A DNA stretch of 64,000 bases from an uncultured Lachnospiraceae bacterium (lineage in GTDB: Bacteria; Bacillota; Clostridia; Lachnospirales; Lachnospiraceae): assembly GCA_946407765.1 (NCBI GenBank), contig CAMJPD010000001.1:7755-71754 (forward strand). Direction: 5' to 3'. Positions 1 to 10,990 of the stretch are shown here, in pieces. The position numbers and the translations under genes were made by a program. Under the pieces are notes generated by a model, which was not told the origin of the DNA, made no database searches, and was given only the letters and a program-made list of their open reading frames with translations. The stretch's first letter is position 1, and each line of letters starts with the position of its first letter.

Positions 1-1
1 T

Positions 2-3000
2 ATTGATAATGGAAATGCTGCATCAAAACTTTCTATTGATGAATCTGTATTTGATGCTAACAGTTCTTTCTTTGGTAGCGCTCTTTATGCAATGGGCGGA
101 AGCGATGGGTACACGTCTAACTTAACTATTTCGAAAACTGTATTTAAAAATACAGATGCTATTTCTTATACAAAGCAAGTAATAATTGGATCTGAATCAG
201 AGATGGTTCAATATGATTCACTTGGTGGTGCAGTATTTGTAGATAGAAATGCATCAGTTACAGTAAAAGAAGGTTCATTATTTGATAATAACTTTAATGC
301 AGTTCATGTAAGCAATGGTACATTCACAGTTCAAAACGAACTTGCAAACTTAATTAACGATCACAGCGACGAAACAAAAGATATAGTATTTAGAAACAAC
401 AAAGGTCAAGCAGTAATTGGTTACGATATAAAAACAGTTAAAACAAAAGTAAATCTCTATGGCGGTTACATTTATGGCAACCCAGCTATAGCAGCAAATC
501 CTCTTCCAGAACCAGACAGAAAAGCAACAAAGACGCAGGCCGATAGAGTAACAATAGAACTTGGTGGCTCTATTGTAATAATGAACAACGGACCAACAGG
601 AAAGTCTAACTTTATTCTTGTAAGTGATAAGAAAATACAGGTACAAGGAAACACAACTTATAAAATAAATAGATATGCAAAAATTGGTGTAACAGCACCA
701 TCTAAGAATAAAATATTTGATACATCATGGGATGCAGATCATGTAGAAGAGTTTAATGATTTAGAAGTAACAGATATATTTATTTCTGATGTAGAAGGAA
801 TGCTTGTTTATGTAATGGCTCGTTCTGTATTCCTTGGAACTAACCATTCTCATACAGCCTGTGGTGTAATCGATTGTATGCATACACCAGTTCATGATGC
901 AATCAGTTTCCAAGATATTTATACAGAAAATGACCTTGATTCAGTATTTGCAGAAGATGAACTCGCTTTCTTCTTAAATAATGATATTTATGTAACAAAG
1001 ACACATAAATGGCCTATAACAGTAGCAGGCGGTGAGCTCAGCCTTTGCCTTAATGGACATAATATATATGTAGATAAAGGCGTTACAATTTTCAAAGATA
1101 TTACAGGAACATTTAATATCTGTGATTGTAAGGCATATACAAAAGCAACCTCATCAAGTGCAAAAGTTGCAACACCTGGCGGAATTTTTGAAAGAGTAAT
1201 TGAAACAAGAGCTCCAAGAGTTCCTATGATTAATGCAGAAGATGAATTAGCAAGTGTTTGCTTCTATCACTTAAATCTTGATGCAGAACTTTTATCTTGC
1301 AAGACACCTATGGTATCAAGAAGAGGTGCAACTTCTATCGCGCGTGTTGCAAATGGTTATTTACTTGTAGTTGATGGCGTAACAATCAAGGGACATAAAG
1401 AATTAACAAATGAAGAAGGATTATTTAGAGCAGTTGGTACTACAGGAATTATAGTTTCATCTTGTAGTTTCATAGATAATAGATCTGCATCAGCACTTGT
1501 ATTTAAATCAATGCATGATGAAATAACCAAGATAGATAATGCAGACGGTGTAATTATAGTAAATGATGTTCAGGCAAATGACAACTTAACCTTCTATGGT
1601 GTAATTTATGCAGAAGGTGGTGAATTTGCCTATGTGACAAATAGCAAATTCATAGGAAATAGAAAAGATCATATGATGTTCTACATGGATATAAGAGATC
1701 CATGGTATAAGGAAAGAACTACAGATACAGCAAATTATTCAAGATCAGGTGCAGCACTCTCAATTAAAGAAACAGACATACTAGAATCTGAAGGACTTGT
1801 ACTTAAGAATAATATAAATGAATATGTATTTGATAAAGTTGCTCCAGGTGCAATGTATGTAAGTGGCGTTGAAGGAACAATTCAAAATATGTACCTTGAA
1901 GGAAATATGTCAAACACATATCCTGCGGGAATTTTCATAGGTGGAGGATCAGATCTTACGATTTCTTCATCATCTGCCATAGGAAATAAATCACTTAGTG
2001 CAGGATTCGCATATATAGAAGAATCAGAAGTTGAATTTGTTGGTGTAGATTCTGTTAATAACTATGCTCGTGCAAAAGGTGGATCACTCTATCTTTCAAA
2101 GGCTGCTAATGTAATAGTAGAAAGATCTACATTTACAAACCAAATTGCATCAGCTGGTGCAGCTATATATGTAGAAGATAGAGAAAACAATTCTCTTGCA
2201 AAGCTTCATGTTAAGAATTCTACATTTGATGGTAATACATCAACATTTGGTGCAGGTATTGCTGCGTTCGAAGGAACAGATGCTGTACTTACTAACAATA
2301 AATTTAATTACAACAGAGCAATGTATGGAGGATCAATTTTTGCTGGTGCTGCATCATTATCTCAAGTAGGAAAACCTGCTAAGGTTGTAGTAAATACAGG
2401 TACATTCAGTAATAGCTCATATTTGCAAGAAGAACAATGGGCAATATGGAATGTAGGTGAAGATAAACGTATTGCTAAGTTTATCTATACTACAAAGGGT
2501 GGAGCAGTTTATTCAGGTCTTAACGGAAATGTATTAGTTAAGAAGAATACTTTATTTGATAAAACATTCAACCCAGTTGTTGTAGAAAATGGAACATTTG
2601 AAACAGAATTTATTGAAGATCCAAAGGATGGAGATATAGTATTTAGAAATTCTGAGGGACGTCTTGTTATTTCTTATATGTCTCAACTTAGAAGGACAAA
2701 TATTAATCTCTATGGTGGATCAATTGTAGGAAATAGAAAGATAACAGGTGGATTTATACATTATGTATATCCAGATGCATCAAGAAGTGAAGCAGAAAAA
2801 CTTCGTGGTGAAGCTCTTGCAAAATTTAATGCAAGTAAGATACAACTTCGTTTTGGTGGAAGCATACAGATTGCTGACAATGGACCAAGTAAGACATTAA
2901 ATCTTATTCACCCAGATGATATGCTTGTAAATATTACTGGTAATCCATTATATAAACTTAATAAGATAGCATCAATTGGTGTTACGGCGAAACTAAATCA

Positions 3001-6000
3001 TAGAGTTTATAATTCTTCATGGACAAGAAATCATGTTAAGGATTATTTGCATACTAATGTAGAAGATATCTTCTATTCAGATGTAAAGAAATTATTCTGC
3101 TATGCACTTGGAAATACGGTATATCTTGGAATATCTCATAGACATGCTGAGTGTGGACAGACAGATACTGAATTCTGCACAGCACATGGTCATAGAAGAG
3201 TTTCATGGATAGGTATAGATTATGACACAGACCTTGATATAGATTTTGAAACTGATGAAAACCTTTACTTCTATCTAAAACAAGATTTAACTATAAATAA
3301 TACACATAAGTGGCCAATTAGTGTGCCAGGAAGAACTATTGGTATATGTCTCAATGGTTATACATTAAGATTCAAGGGAAAGACTCCACTTTACGAAACA
3401 ATTCTTGGAACAGTTTCTATATGTGATTGTTTAAATGTTGGTGAACAAGAAAGAATTATTGCAGGAACAGATTATGAAATGGAATCAGATATTCCAAAAA
3501 TTGTTCCTATCAGAGGTTATGTAACAGTTGACCATCGTGTTGAACGCACAGCAAAGGCAGGATTGGTAATTGATAGACCTGATACAGGTATAGAATTATG
3601 GAATGCAGCATTTGCAACAATGTCATATGCAGCGGGTGACACAAGCTTTATAGAAGTTAAGAAAGGAAGCATAAGTTTAGACGGAACAATTATTAAAAAC
3701 TCTGAATTTAATACTGCTGGTGGATTTATACATACAGAAAATGCTCAGATAGTAAGCATAAAGAATACTGTAGTAGATAATATTAAGTCTCAGGGCGGGT
3801 TCATTATTATAGAAGGAAAGAAGAAGACTTTCGTTCAAGTTGCAACATCTAGCTTTACAAAAGTAAATGCTGGTTATGGAGCGCTTTATCTTGATGCGCC
3901 AAATGCATTTGAACTTAAGAATACAAAGTTCATAGGAAATGAAAGAGGTTTATCTTATAGAAATGTTAAGTACACAGGTAACAAAGTTATTTCTGCAGCA
4001 GCACTTACCGTTAAGAATTTTGATAAACTAAATATTAGCGGTACTAATGAATTCTTAGGAAACAAGAATCTATCTCTTGATAGAGAAGTGGCACCAGGTG
4101 CACTCCTACTTGAAAATACAAAGGGAACTATAGATGGTATTTTATTCGAGGGCAATGAAAGTAATTTTAGAGGTGGTGCCGTTTATGTTTCAACAAAATC
4201 TGACATCACATTTGGTAATATAGAAGCATTTGAAAATGAATCTAAGAATGGTGGATTTATCTATGTAGAAAATTCACATGTAATAGTTACAGCATCATAT
4301 ATATTTAGTAACTATGCGACAAGACGCGGTGGATTTGCTTATGTAACTAATAATGCTAGCTTAGAGATGGGCAAAGGAACAGTAGAATTTAACGGTGCAG
4401 ATATTTCCGGTGGTACATTATATGTAGAAGGAAAGTCACTTGCTAAAGTAGAAGATTCGAATTTCTTAGGAAGCTTTTCTAAAGATGGTGGTGTGGCTTA
4501 TGTTTCTGATGCAAGATTTGAAGCTAATAAGATAAAATTCTACTTCAATGATGCAAGAACTTCTCTTGGTACATATTCTGAAGCATTCGGCGGAGTTCTT
4601 TATCTTGATAAAGAAGCTGCAGCAGAAATAACAGAATCAGAATTTACAGGTAATGATGCAGACTTTGGTGGAGCTATCTATATAGATCAAAATGCATATG
4701 CCAAGATTAACAAAGGCACACTCATTAAATATAACTCTAATGCAATTCATATTAAGGAAGGAACATTTGAAACAGAATATATAACAGGTGAACATGACGT
4801 TCTTCCTGCAACTGGCAATATAGTATTTAGAGATAACACAGGAAAATCTGTTATCGGATACGATACATGGGGCAAGAATATAAAACTTAATTTATACGGT
4901 GGAAAGATTTTCAACAATACGGTAGAGGGAGCAATATTTGCAACTTCATCATATGCTGGACCAAAACCACTTGTTAGAATTAAGCTTGGCGGCAATATAT
5001 ATATCTACGAAAATGGACCTAATGGAGCAGGAAGTGTTGCTCAAGAAAATATTTTCGTAAATGATGATAGAGATATTCATATTTCAGGAAATACAAGTTG
5101 TCCACTTACAAAGGATGCTAAGATTGGAGTTAACAGTCTCCAAGATAATCAATTAGTATATGTAGATTCTTGGAAAGAAGAAATGCTTGAAGATTACAAT
5201 AAAGGTATTTATACATTATGGGATATATGGAAGAGCGATTCGCAAAATCCAGAATATAAGATTTATCGCGACGGTCCATATGTATATCTTGGCACTAACT
5301 TCGATAAGTATACATTTGACATAAATACTGATGACCCAATCACATCTGTAGTAAAGACCATAGAACCACAATATATTAGAAGAAAAGCAACATGGGCGCT
5401 TATAGAAAGACCGGTTGAAGTTTACTCTACTGATATTACAAGACGTATTACAAGGGCAAATGCTGAGCCTATCGGCATCATGGGATTTGAAGCAGACAAT
5501 GCATCACTTCTTGAAACAAGATGGGATTTTGATGACGATACCTATGAAGTTCGTTCAAGTTATATATACAATAGAGAATTTAATCCACCTACAGACGAAG
5601 ACAAGACACTACTTGTAATATGGAAGAGTCTTGATCATATTCACAAAGCATGCGGACTTGCAACTACATCTACTTGTGAGCATGGAGATGAAGAAGATCT
5701 TGGAGCAGATTCTTGTGTTCATCATGCAACAATAAGTGAGTTTGTAGAAGTTCGTAAGTGGTCAACACTTAGATTCCGTGATAATAGTAATGGACTTTAT
5801 GATGGAAACTTCCTTCTTAAGAAAGATATAACAGCAATTGAGCAAGGTATACATACTATAGGAACTCTTTGCTTTAATGGACATACCATAACTGTATCGA
5901 CTATGGCATCTGCTATAGATTTAAGAAGAGGAATAAAGGGAGTTAATGACGCAGGACTTGCTCTTCGTAGCGTATTTAGTTTTGGTGAAGATTCTAATGT

Positions 6001-9000
6001 AGCAGGTCGCCCAACTCTTTATGCAAACTTCATAATGACAAGCTGTAAGGACGGAGCGAGAATTATTCCTGATACAGAAGGTTCAATTCCAGTAGGACTT
6101 ATTGCATATAAGAATGGACAAAGCTTACTTCTTAGAAATATATCTGTAGAAAACTTTAAGTCAGAATATAAAGCAACAGATCATCTTATAAATTTTGCAC
6201 ATAATAATGGAAGAGCTTATCTTGAAAACTTTAAACTTAATAATAATGAAGTAGAAGTATATCAATTTTATGCAACTCTAAGAAAGGGTATTGCTGCTAA
6301 TGGATTTGAAATTAGAAATGGTGTAAAGAACGAGGGCTACATCTCACAAATTTATAACACACCAATAATCTTTACAGGCAATACTAGAGTTTCTAATAAT
6401 ACTACTCAATATGGTGTATTCAACTTTAGAACTTCTAGCGTTAAGTTCAAGGGTGATAACAATATTATAGATGGAAACTATGCAACAAAGCATGCATCAG
6501 TATTTAGAACAACAGATAGATCAGAGCTTTATATCATGGGTTCTACTTCAATTACTAATAATATAATGGATCCACATATACTTACAACAAGAACCACAAA
6601 AGATGCTGCAATAGCAATAGATCAGACATCTAAGCTTTTTGTTGCAGGAAAGGTTACTATCAAGGATAACAAAGTTGTTAAGTATGGTGTGCTAAATGAT
6701 CCATCAACAAGAGTAGTTATTAACAATGCAAGAAATATCTATCTCTATGAAAACTCACAAATTTATGTTCCAGACGGAAAACTGCTTGCAAGTTCATCAG
6801 AAATTCATCTATCTATGGATCATGCAGGCGATAGACCATTCTTCGAAGATTATAATGAAACAAAGATTGAATCATTCAATGATGGTTATACTATAATAGA
6901 AAACATATTCAAGGCTGATAAGGAACATCTTGACCTTGGAGAAGATGTATATAGAGAAGGTTCTTATCCAGGTGAAGACATCTATATAGGTAAAAACTTT
7001 ACATACTTAGTATTCAAGCACGGAGATATAATTATAGCAACACAGAATGTAGCTATAGGTGTTAGAACATATGTTGATAAGATTTATCTTAATGGAAGAT
7101 TAATCAATGGTGTAATTTCAACAATCAATGATGCAACACTTGATTGGGAAGGTCCAGATAAAGAAGATGAAACACTTTATGATACATGGATTATGGAACA
7201 ACTCAACCATGTAAATATTACAGCAAGAAGATTTGTAATAACAGTTACAGCAACAAGACTTACTCTCAATGCTAAGGGAGGATACTTCTTAGTTAAGGAT
7301 GCAGCAGGTAGACTTTATCGTATAGCAACTTACTCTAAGCCAGTTAAATTCTCTAAGAAGATAGCAACTCTTGCCGTTCCAGGAAGAGTAGGTTATACAC
7401 ATGAACACTTTGTAATATCAACTCCATCATGGCCAACACAAGAAATGATAGATGAGATGGGTGAATTTAACACACTCACATCTCCATCATACATAATAGA
7501 TAAGAATACAAGATATTGGTCAAGAAAGGATGAAGAAGCAGAATCAAGATGGCTTCCTAATAAATATATAATCAGATTTATTAGTACTTATAGTGAAACT
7601 CTAGGTCATATGGATGACATAGTTGCTTATGTTGACTCTGAAACAACACTTGCAACAGTAAGCTTTACACTTGATGGATTTACATTCACAGGTTGGAGGG
7701 ATGCTCTTAATAAAGATGCAATACTTAAATTATATGGTCTTACAGCAACATATTCAGAAGCAGACCTTGCAAGACAAAACTTACTCCATGGTTATGGTTC
7801 AGATCCTAATATAAGTGTAATAGATAATGTAGCAGATTATGGTATAACAAAAGTTACTATAGAAGATCTTGCAGCAAGAGATGAAGAATTTATTTCTATA
7901 GATGGAGTAACACTTGCAGAACTTATTGCACTTGGCAAAGAATTAGAAATCTTAGATAAGAGCGTAACAGAAGCGAATATATCAACAGAAAGTGTGCTTA
8001 TGCTTAGAAATGCTATCTATGATGGTATCATTTCAAGAGGACAGAAGAAAGGTTATGCTGATAAGGCAAAGGTAAATAATATAAGAACAGCGTCTAATTC
8101 TATAGCATTCCTTATTGCAAGCTGGTCAGAAAATAGATACAACATAAGATTTAACTTAGCAAAACCAAACTTCAAGAACAGTTACGAAAAAGTTATAGTA
8201 GGAAAGATGGCAACTCAAAGTCTTCTCTACACAGAACAAAAGAACCTAAATAATGTTGAATTTGATATAAGAGGATATAGACTTAAATACTGGTTTGCAC
8301 GTCTTGCAACTTCATCTGATTCTGCTAAGAACGGAATGAAGAACAAGAAGTTTACTAAGATACCAGCAGATTTACTTGAATTATTGAATAATCAACCAAG
8401 CATACCAACAAAATCAGAGCCAGGTTACTATTTTGCAACATTTGCCAATGCAGAAAAGATAACAAGACTTGGTGCAAAATATGATGATGGCGAAATAATT
8501 GATTTATATGCAATATGGGAAAGCTCACAAAGAATCATAACTTATGTTGCAACAAATTCTACAACAATTAAGCTTAAGAAAGGAAATGACAACCATCCAT
8601 GGACTGAAGTAATTGGCGGCCAGACGTATGTATTTGCTACACAAAGTGCATATGTAGATAAGAGATATGATGTTGTTGCATCTCTTGCAGAAGCTATTCC
8701 AAATTCAGGATATTACTTCTATGGTTGGACATATGATAAGTATCCAAATTATAGAAAGATAGATGTTCCAGGATATGTAATTAAAGATTCAGATATATTT
8801 AAGAGCATGGAAGATGTAAATATTTATGCAATCATAGGTCCTGTAAAATACGAACTCACAGTTGATGCTGCAGGCGGTGAATTTATAATTGCATCAAGTT
8901 CTGTTCCAAGTTATAAGAAGTCTGTATTCTTCAATGAGAAGATTGATACAATCTATACACCTAAGAGAAGAGGTTATGACTTTGAAAACTTTAAGACATC

Positions 9001-10717
9001 TGCAACATCTAAGATAGAAACCCCATCAATGATAGTTGATAAGAATACTAAGTATTGGGTATCTACAGATAGTAAGATTTTCGCATCATGGAAAGTTACA
9101 ACTTATAGTATTACATACATAAATAAATTTGATGGAAGTGCACTTGATATGACACAAGGTAACAACCACTTACTTCCAGTTAAGTACAACATTGTATTTG
9201 GTGCAGCTGCAACTACAATTCCAACATGGAATGATGACTTATTTGAAAGCTTTGATATGAAGACTCAGTCAAGTGATGTTGTATATCATAAATCACCAGA
9301 TGGTAAATTCATCTACATTGATGCAGGTTCATCAGGCAATATAGAAATCTGGGTAAATTGGGATCTTAAGACAAGACTTATGGTTAATCCAAACTACACA
9401 GGAAGAAATGTTCCAGCACCTAAGAGAATAATTCCATTCAATGCATCAAGTTCTTATACAGTTAAGTCAGAATTCTATAGATCTGGTTATATTATAAATA
9501 GTTACAGATTAAATAATCCAAGAACTGGAACTGTTATCTCTATGGGAACAGTAATTGATTACAATACATATACACCACTTGCAACAAATAATACAATAAC
9601 ACTTTATGCTGTATGGCAAGCTACTGGCGGCGGCGGTGGCGGCGGCGGCGGTGGCGGCGGCGGTGGCGGCGGCGGTGGCGGCGGTGACGCCATTGCAAAG
9701 CTCGGTGGTTCTAATGTAGGAATTGGTTCTAATGGTCAGTGGATTTATAATCCTCTTACAAGATCATGGAGTTATGAAACAAGTGGACAGAAGGCAGTAG
9801 GATGGACTCAGATAACTATAAATGGAAGTGATAATTTATACTACTTTGATAGTTTAGGAATAATGCAGAAAGGATGGCTTGAAGAAAGAGGTAATGTATA
9901 TTACTTACAGACAAGTGATGTTGGATTCCAAGGAAGAGCATATAAGGGATGGCATGAAATAGGCGGAATGTATTATCATTTCAATGAGGCAAATGGTGCA
10001 CTTGAAAATATTTATACATTAGAAGAAGCTCTTGCTCATGGAGTAATGAGTGAAGAAGCAAGATTCCAGACAGCAGCTCTTGAAGTTTATGGTCAACTCA
10101 TTAGTGCACAACAAGCAGTAGGGCTTACAGGAATTCCACTTAATTTTGCAACAGTTACTAATAAAGATGCCCTTATGGGATTTGCAATGCTAGGAAGAGA
10201 AACGCTTGTAGCTATGGGATTCTCACCAGAATCAGTAGAGCAATTAATAGGTATCAACGTAAATCAACTTGCACAGATGCAGGCAGATGCATTGATAGTA
10301 AGTAAGGCGTTCTCTGCCGCACCACATGTATCTCAGCCACCACTTGTTGGAAATGGATGGGTATATAACGCATTAACTAATAAATGGTCATTCAACGTTT
10401 CAGGTGTTGCTCTTGCAGGAGGCTTCTCAAGAATCAACAACATGACAGCAGACGGAATTATAAACATGTATTACTTTGATGACCTTGGTCATATGGCAAC
10501 AGGATTTAGAATCATCAACGAGAAGATTTATTACTTCAGTGAGCTTGAGGCAAATCTTGGTGCAGCAGTATTTGGCTGGACAGTAATTGATGGTATCCCA
10601 TGTCACTTCAATGAGCAGACATTCGAACTTGATAATGCAAACCCAGATTCAACACTTGCTCAAATTGGTGTCATAGCATACAACCAAGAATATAACAGAA
10701 TCAATCACCTCAACTAA
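2..10717 (+). CDS. Giant modular surface/adhesin-like protein, 5' end outside the window (3,571 codons visible)
   Basis: The frame is open from nt 2 (IDNGNAASKLSIDESVFDANSSFFGSALYA precedes the first Met at 92). Repeated FxxN...GGA(I/V)Y PMP-type beta-helix motifs. Three HxHxxCG...C(L/F)NG(H/Y) Cys/His modules (845-1129, 3137-3430, 5636-5884), the first two ending in CDC. (R/K)xGYxFxGW Listeria-Bacteroides-type repeats at 7.2-9.6 kb. 20 x Gly at 9626-9685. GW/YYF choline-binding-type repeats at 9.7-10.6 kb. A hairpin terminator follows. Confidence 0.9.
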   Translation: MDNGNAASKLSIDESVFDANSSFFGSALYAMGGSDGYTSNLTISKTVFKNTDAISYTKQVIIGSESEMVQYDSLGGAVFVDRNASVTVKEGSLFDNNFNAVHVSNGTFTVQNELANLINDHSDETKDIVFRNNKGQAVIGYDIKTVKTKVNLYGGYIYGNPAIAANPLPEPDRKATKTQADRVTIELGGSIVIMNNGPTGKSNFILVSDKKIQVQGNTTYKINRYAKIGVTAPSKNKIFDTSWDADHVEEFNDLEVTDIFISDVEGMLVYVMARSVFLGTNHSHTACGVIDCMHTPVHDAISFQDIYTENDLDSVFAEDELAFFLNNDIYVTKTHKWPITVAGGELSLCLNGHNIYVDKGVTIFKDITGTFNICDCKAYTKATSSSAKVATPGGIFERVIETRAPRVPMINAEDELASVCFYHLNLDAELLSCKTPMVSRRGATSIARVANGYLLVVDGVTIKGHKELTNEEGLFRAVGTTGIIVSSCSFIDNRSASALVFKSMHDEITKIDNADGVIIVNDVQANDNLTFYGVIYAEGGEFAYVTNSKFIGNRKDHMMFYMDIRDPWYKERTTDTANYSRSGAALSIKETDILESEGLVLKNNINEYVFDKVAPGAMYVSGVEGTIQNMYLEGNMSNTYPAGIFIGGGSDLTISSSSAIGNKSLSAGFAYIEESEVEFVGVDSVNNYARAKGGSLYLSKAANVIVERSTFTNQIASAGAAIYVEDRENNSLAKLHVKNSTFDGNTSTFGAGIAAFEGTDAVLTNNKFNYNRAMYGGSIFAGAASLSQVGKPAKVVVNTGTFSNSSYLQEEQWAIWNVGEDKRIAKFIYTTKGGAVYSGLNGNVLVKKNTLFDKTFNPVVVENGTFETEFIEDPKDGDIVFRNSEGRLVISYMSQLRRTNINLYGGSIVGNRKITGGFIHYVYPDASRSEAEKLRGEALAKFNASKIQLRFGGSIQIADNGPSKTLNLIHPDDMLVNITGNPLYKLNKIASIGVTAKLNHRVYNSSWTRNHVKDYLHTNVEDIFYSDVKKLFCYALGNTVYLGISHRHAECGQTDTEFCTAHGHRRVSWIGIDYDTDLDIDFETDENLYFYLKQDLTINNTHKWPISVPGRTIGICLNGYTLRFKGKTPLYETILGTVSICDCLNVGEQERIIAGTDYEMESDIPKIVPIRGYVTVDHRVERTAKAGLVIDRPDTGIELWNAAFATMSYAAGDTSFIEVKKGSISLDGTIIKNSEFNTAGGFIHTENAQIVSIKNTVVDNIKSQGGFIIIEGKKKTFVQVATSSFTKVNAGYGALYLDAPNAFELKNTKFIGNERGLSYRNVKYTGNKVISAAALTVKNFDKLNISGTNEFLGNKNLSLDREVAPGALLLENTKGTIDGILFEGNESNFRGGAVYVSTKSDITFGNIEAFENESKNGGFIYVENSHVIVTASYIFSNYATRRGGFAYVTNNASLEMGKGTVEFNGADISGGTLYVEGKSLAKVEDSNFLGSFSKDGGVAYVSDARFEANKIKFYFNDARTSLGTYSEAFGGVLYLDKEAAAEITESEFTGNDADFGGAIYIDQNAYAKINKGTLIKYNSNAIHIKEGTFETEYITGEHDVLPATGNIVFRDNTGKSVIGYDTWGKNIKLNLYGGKIFNNTVEGAIFATSSYAGPKPLVRIKLGGNIYIYENGPNGAGSVAQENIFVNDDRDIHISGNTSCPLTKDAKIGVNSLQDNQLVYVDSWKEEMLEDYNKGIYTLWDIWKSDSQNPEYKIYRDGPYVYLGTNFDKYTFDINTDDPITSVVKTIEPQYIRRKATWALIERPVEVYSTDITRRITRANAEPIGIMGFEADNASLLETRWDFDDDTYEVRSSYIYNREFNPPTDEDKTLLVIWKSLDHIHKACGLATTSTCEHGDEEDLGADSCVHHATISEFVEVRKWSTLRFRDNSNGLYDGNFLLKKDITAIEQGIHTIGTLCFNGHTITVSTMASAIDLRRGIKGVNDAGLALRSVFSFGEDSNVAGRPTLYANFIMTSCKDGARIIPDTEGSIPVGLIAYKNGQSLLLRNISVENFKSEYKATDHLINFAHNNGRAYLENFKLNNNEVEVYQFYATLRKGIAANGFEIRNGVKNEGYISQIYNTPIIFTGNTRVSNNTTQYGVFNFRTSSVKFKGDNNIIDGNYATKHASVFRTTDRSELYIMGSTSITNNIMDPHILTTRTTKDAAIAIDQTSKLFVAGKVTIKDNKVVKYGVLNDPSTRVVINNARNIYLYENSQIYVPDGKLLASSSEIHLSMDHAGDRPFFEDYNETKIESFNDGYTIIENIFKADKEHLDLGEDVYREGSYPGEDIYIGKNFTYLVFKHGDIIIATQNVAIGVRTYVDKIYLNGRLINGVISTINDATLDWEGPDKEDETLYDTWIMEQLNHVNITARRFVITVTATRLTLNAKGGYFLVKDAAGRLYRIATYSKPVKFSKKIATLAVPGRVGYTHEHFVISTPSWPTQEMIDEMGEFNTLTSPSYIIDKNTRYWSRKDEEAESRWLPNKYIIRFISTYSETLGHMDDIVAYVDSETTLATVSFTLDGFTFTGWRDALNKDAILKLYGLTATYSEADLARQNLLHGYGSDPNISVIDNVADYGITKVTIEDLAARDEEFISIDGVTLAELIALGKELEILDKSVTEANISTESVLMLRNAIYDGIISRGQKKGYADKAKVNNIRTASNSIAFLIASWSENRYNIRFNLAKPNFKNSYEKVIVGKMATQSLLYTEQKNLNNVEFDIRGYRLKYWFARLATSSDSAKNGMKNKKFTKIPADLLELLNNQPSIPTKSEPGYYFATFANAEKITRLGAKYDDGEIIDLYAIWESSQRIITYVATNSTTIKLKKGNDNHPWTEVIGGQTYVFATQSAYVDKRYDVVASLAEAIPNSGYYFYGWTYDKYPNYRKIDVPGYVIKDSDIFKSMEDVNIYAIIGPVKYELTVDAAGGEFIIASSSVPSYKKSVFFNEKIDTIYTPKRRGYDFENFKTSATSKIETPSMIVDKNTKYWVSTDSKIFASWKVTTYSITYINKFDGSALDMTQGNNHLLPVKYNIVFGAAATTIPTWNDDLFESFDMKTQSSDVVYHKSPDGKFIYIDAGSSGNIEIWVNWDLKTRLMVNPNYTGRNVPAPKRIIPFNASSSYTVKSEFYRSGYIINSYRLNNPRTGTVISMGTVIDYNTYTPLATNNTITLYAVWQATGGGGGGGGGGGGGGGGGGGGDAIAKLGGSNVGIGSNGQWIYNPLTRSWSYETSGQKAVGWTQITINGSDNLYYFDSLGIMQKGWLEERGNVYYLQTSDVGFQGRAYKGWHEIGGMYYHFNEANGALENIYTLEEALAHGVMSEEARFQTAALEVYGQLISAQQAVGLTGIPLNFATVTNKDALMGFAMLGRETLVAMGFSPESVEQLIGINVNQLAQMQADALIVSKAFSAAPHVSQPPLVGNGWVYNALTNKWSFNVSGVALAGGFSRINNMTADGIINMYYFDDLGHMATGFRIINEKIYYFSELEANLGAAVFGWTVIDGIPCHFNEQTFELDNANPDSTLAQIGVIAYNQEYNRINHLN
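9626..9685 (+). repeat. GGC/GGT trinucleotide tract encoding 20 consecutive Gly (linker before the C-terminal anchor repeats)
   Basis: Read directly: ggcggcggcggtggcggcggcggcggtggc..., in frame with the giant ORF (ATG20DAIAKLGG). It is a strongly GC-rich island in an AT-rich gene. Confidence 0.95.
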
Positions 10718-10722
10718 AACAG

Positions 10723-10770
10723 AATAATGGGGACGGAGTTATTTATCCAAACCGTCCCCATTATTCTTAT
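10723..10770 (+). terminator. Rho-independent terminator of giant gene 1
   Basis: Perfect 14-bp inverted repeat AATAATGGGGACGG (10723-10736) / CCGTCCCCATTATT (10752-10765) with a 15-nt loop, followed by a T-rich stretch, starting 6 nt after the stop codon. Confidence 0.8.
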
Positions 10771-10771
10771 T

Positions 10772-10909
10772 TGACAAATGGACCAAATTTTCCCTGACAA
10801 ATGACCCAAATTTTGTCTGACAAATGGACCAAATTTTCACTGACAAATGACCCAAATTTTGCCTGACAAATGGACCAAATTTTCATTGACAAATGACCCA
10901 AATTTTGAT
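10772..10909. repeat. Six contiguous 23-bp direct repeats in strict a-b-a-b-a-b alternation (3 x 46 bp), iteron-like
   Basis: a = TGACAAATGGACCAAATTTTC(CC/AC/AT) at 10772, 10818, 10864. b = TGACAAATGACCCAAATTTTG(TC/CC/AT) at 10795, 10841, 10887. There are no spacers. The array lies between the terminator and the DUF4143-type ATPase gene. Confidence 0.95.
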
Positions 10910-10990
10910 AAAATGCCCATAAATTAAAGGTTTTTTGGCTGGACCGCCAAAGAGAAACCGGTTAAAATCTTTATAAATTAGTGGGAAAAT

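Noticed and set aside
10772-10909. The 23-bp repeat array as a CRISPR array.
   Set aside because: The repeats are contiguous with no spacers and the units are shorter than typical CRISPR repeats. No cas genes or leader are present.
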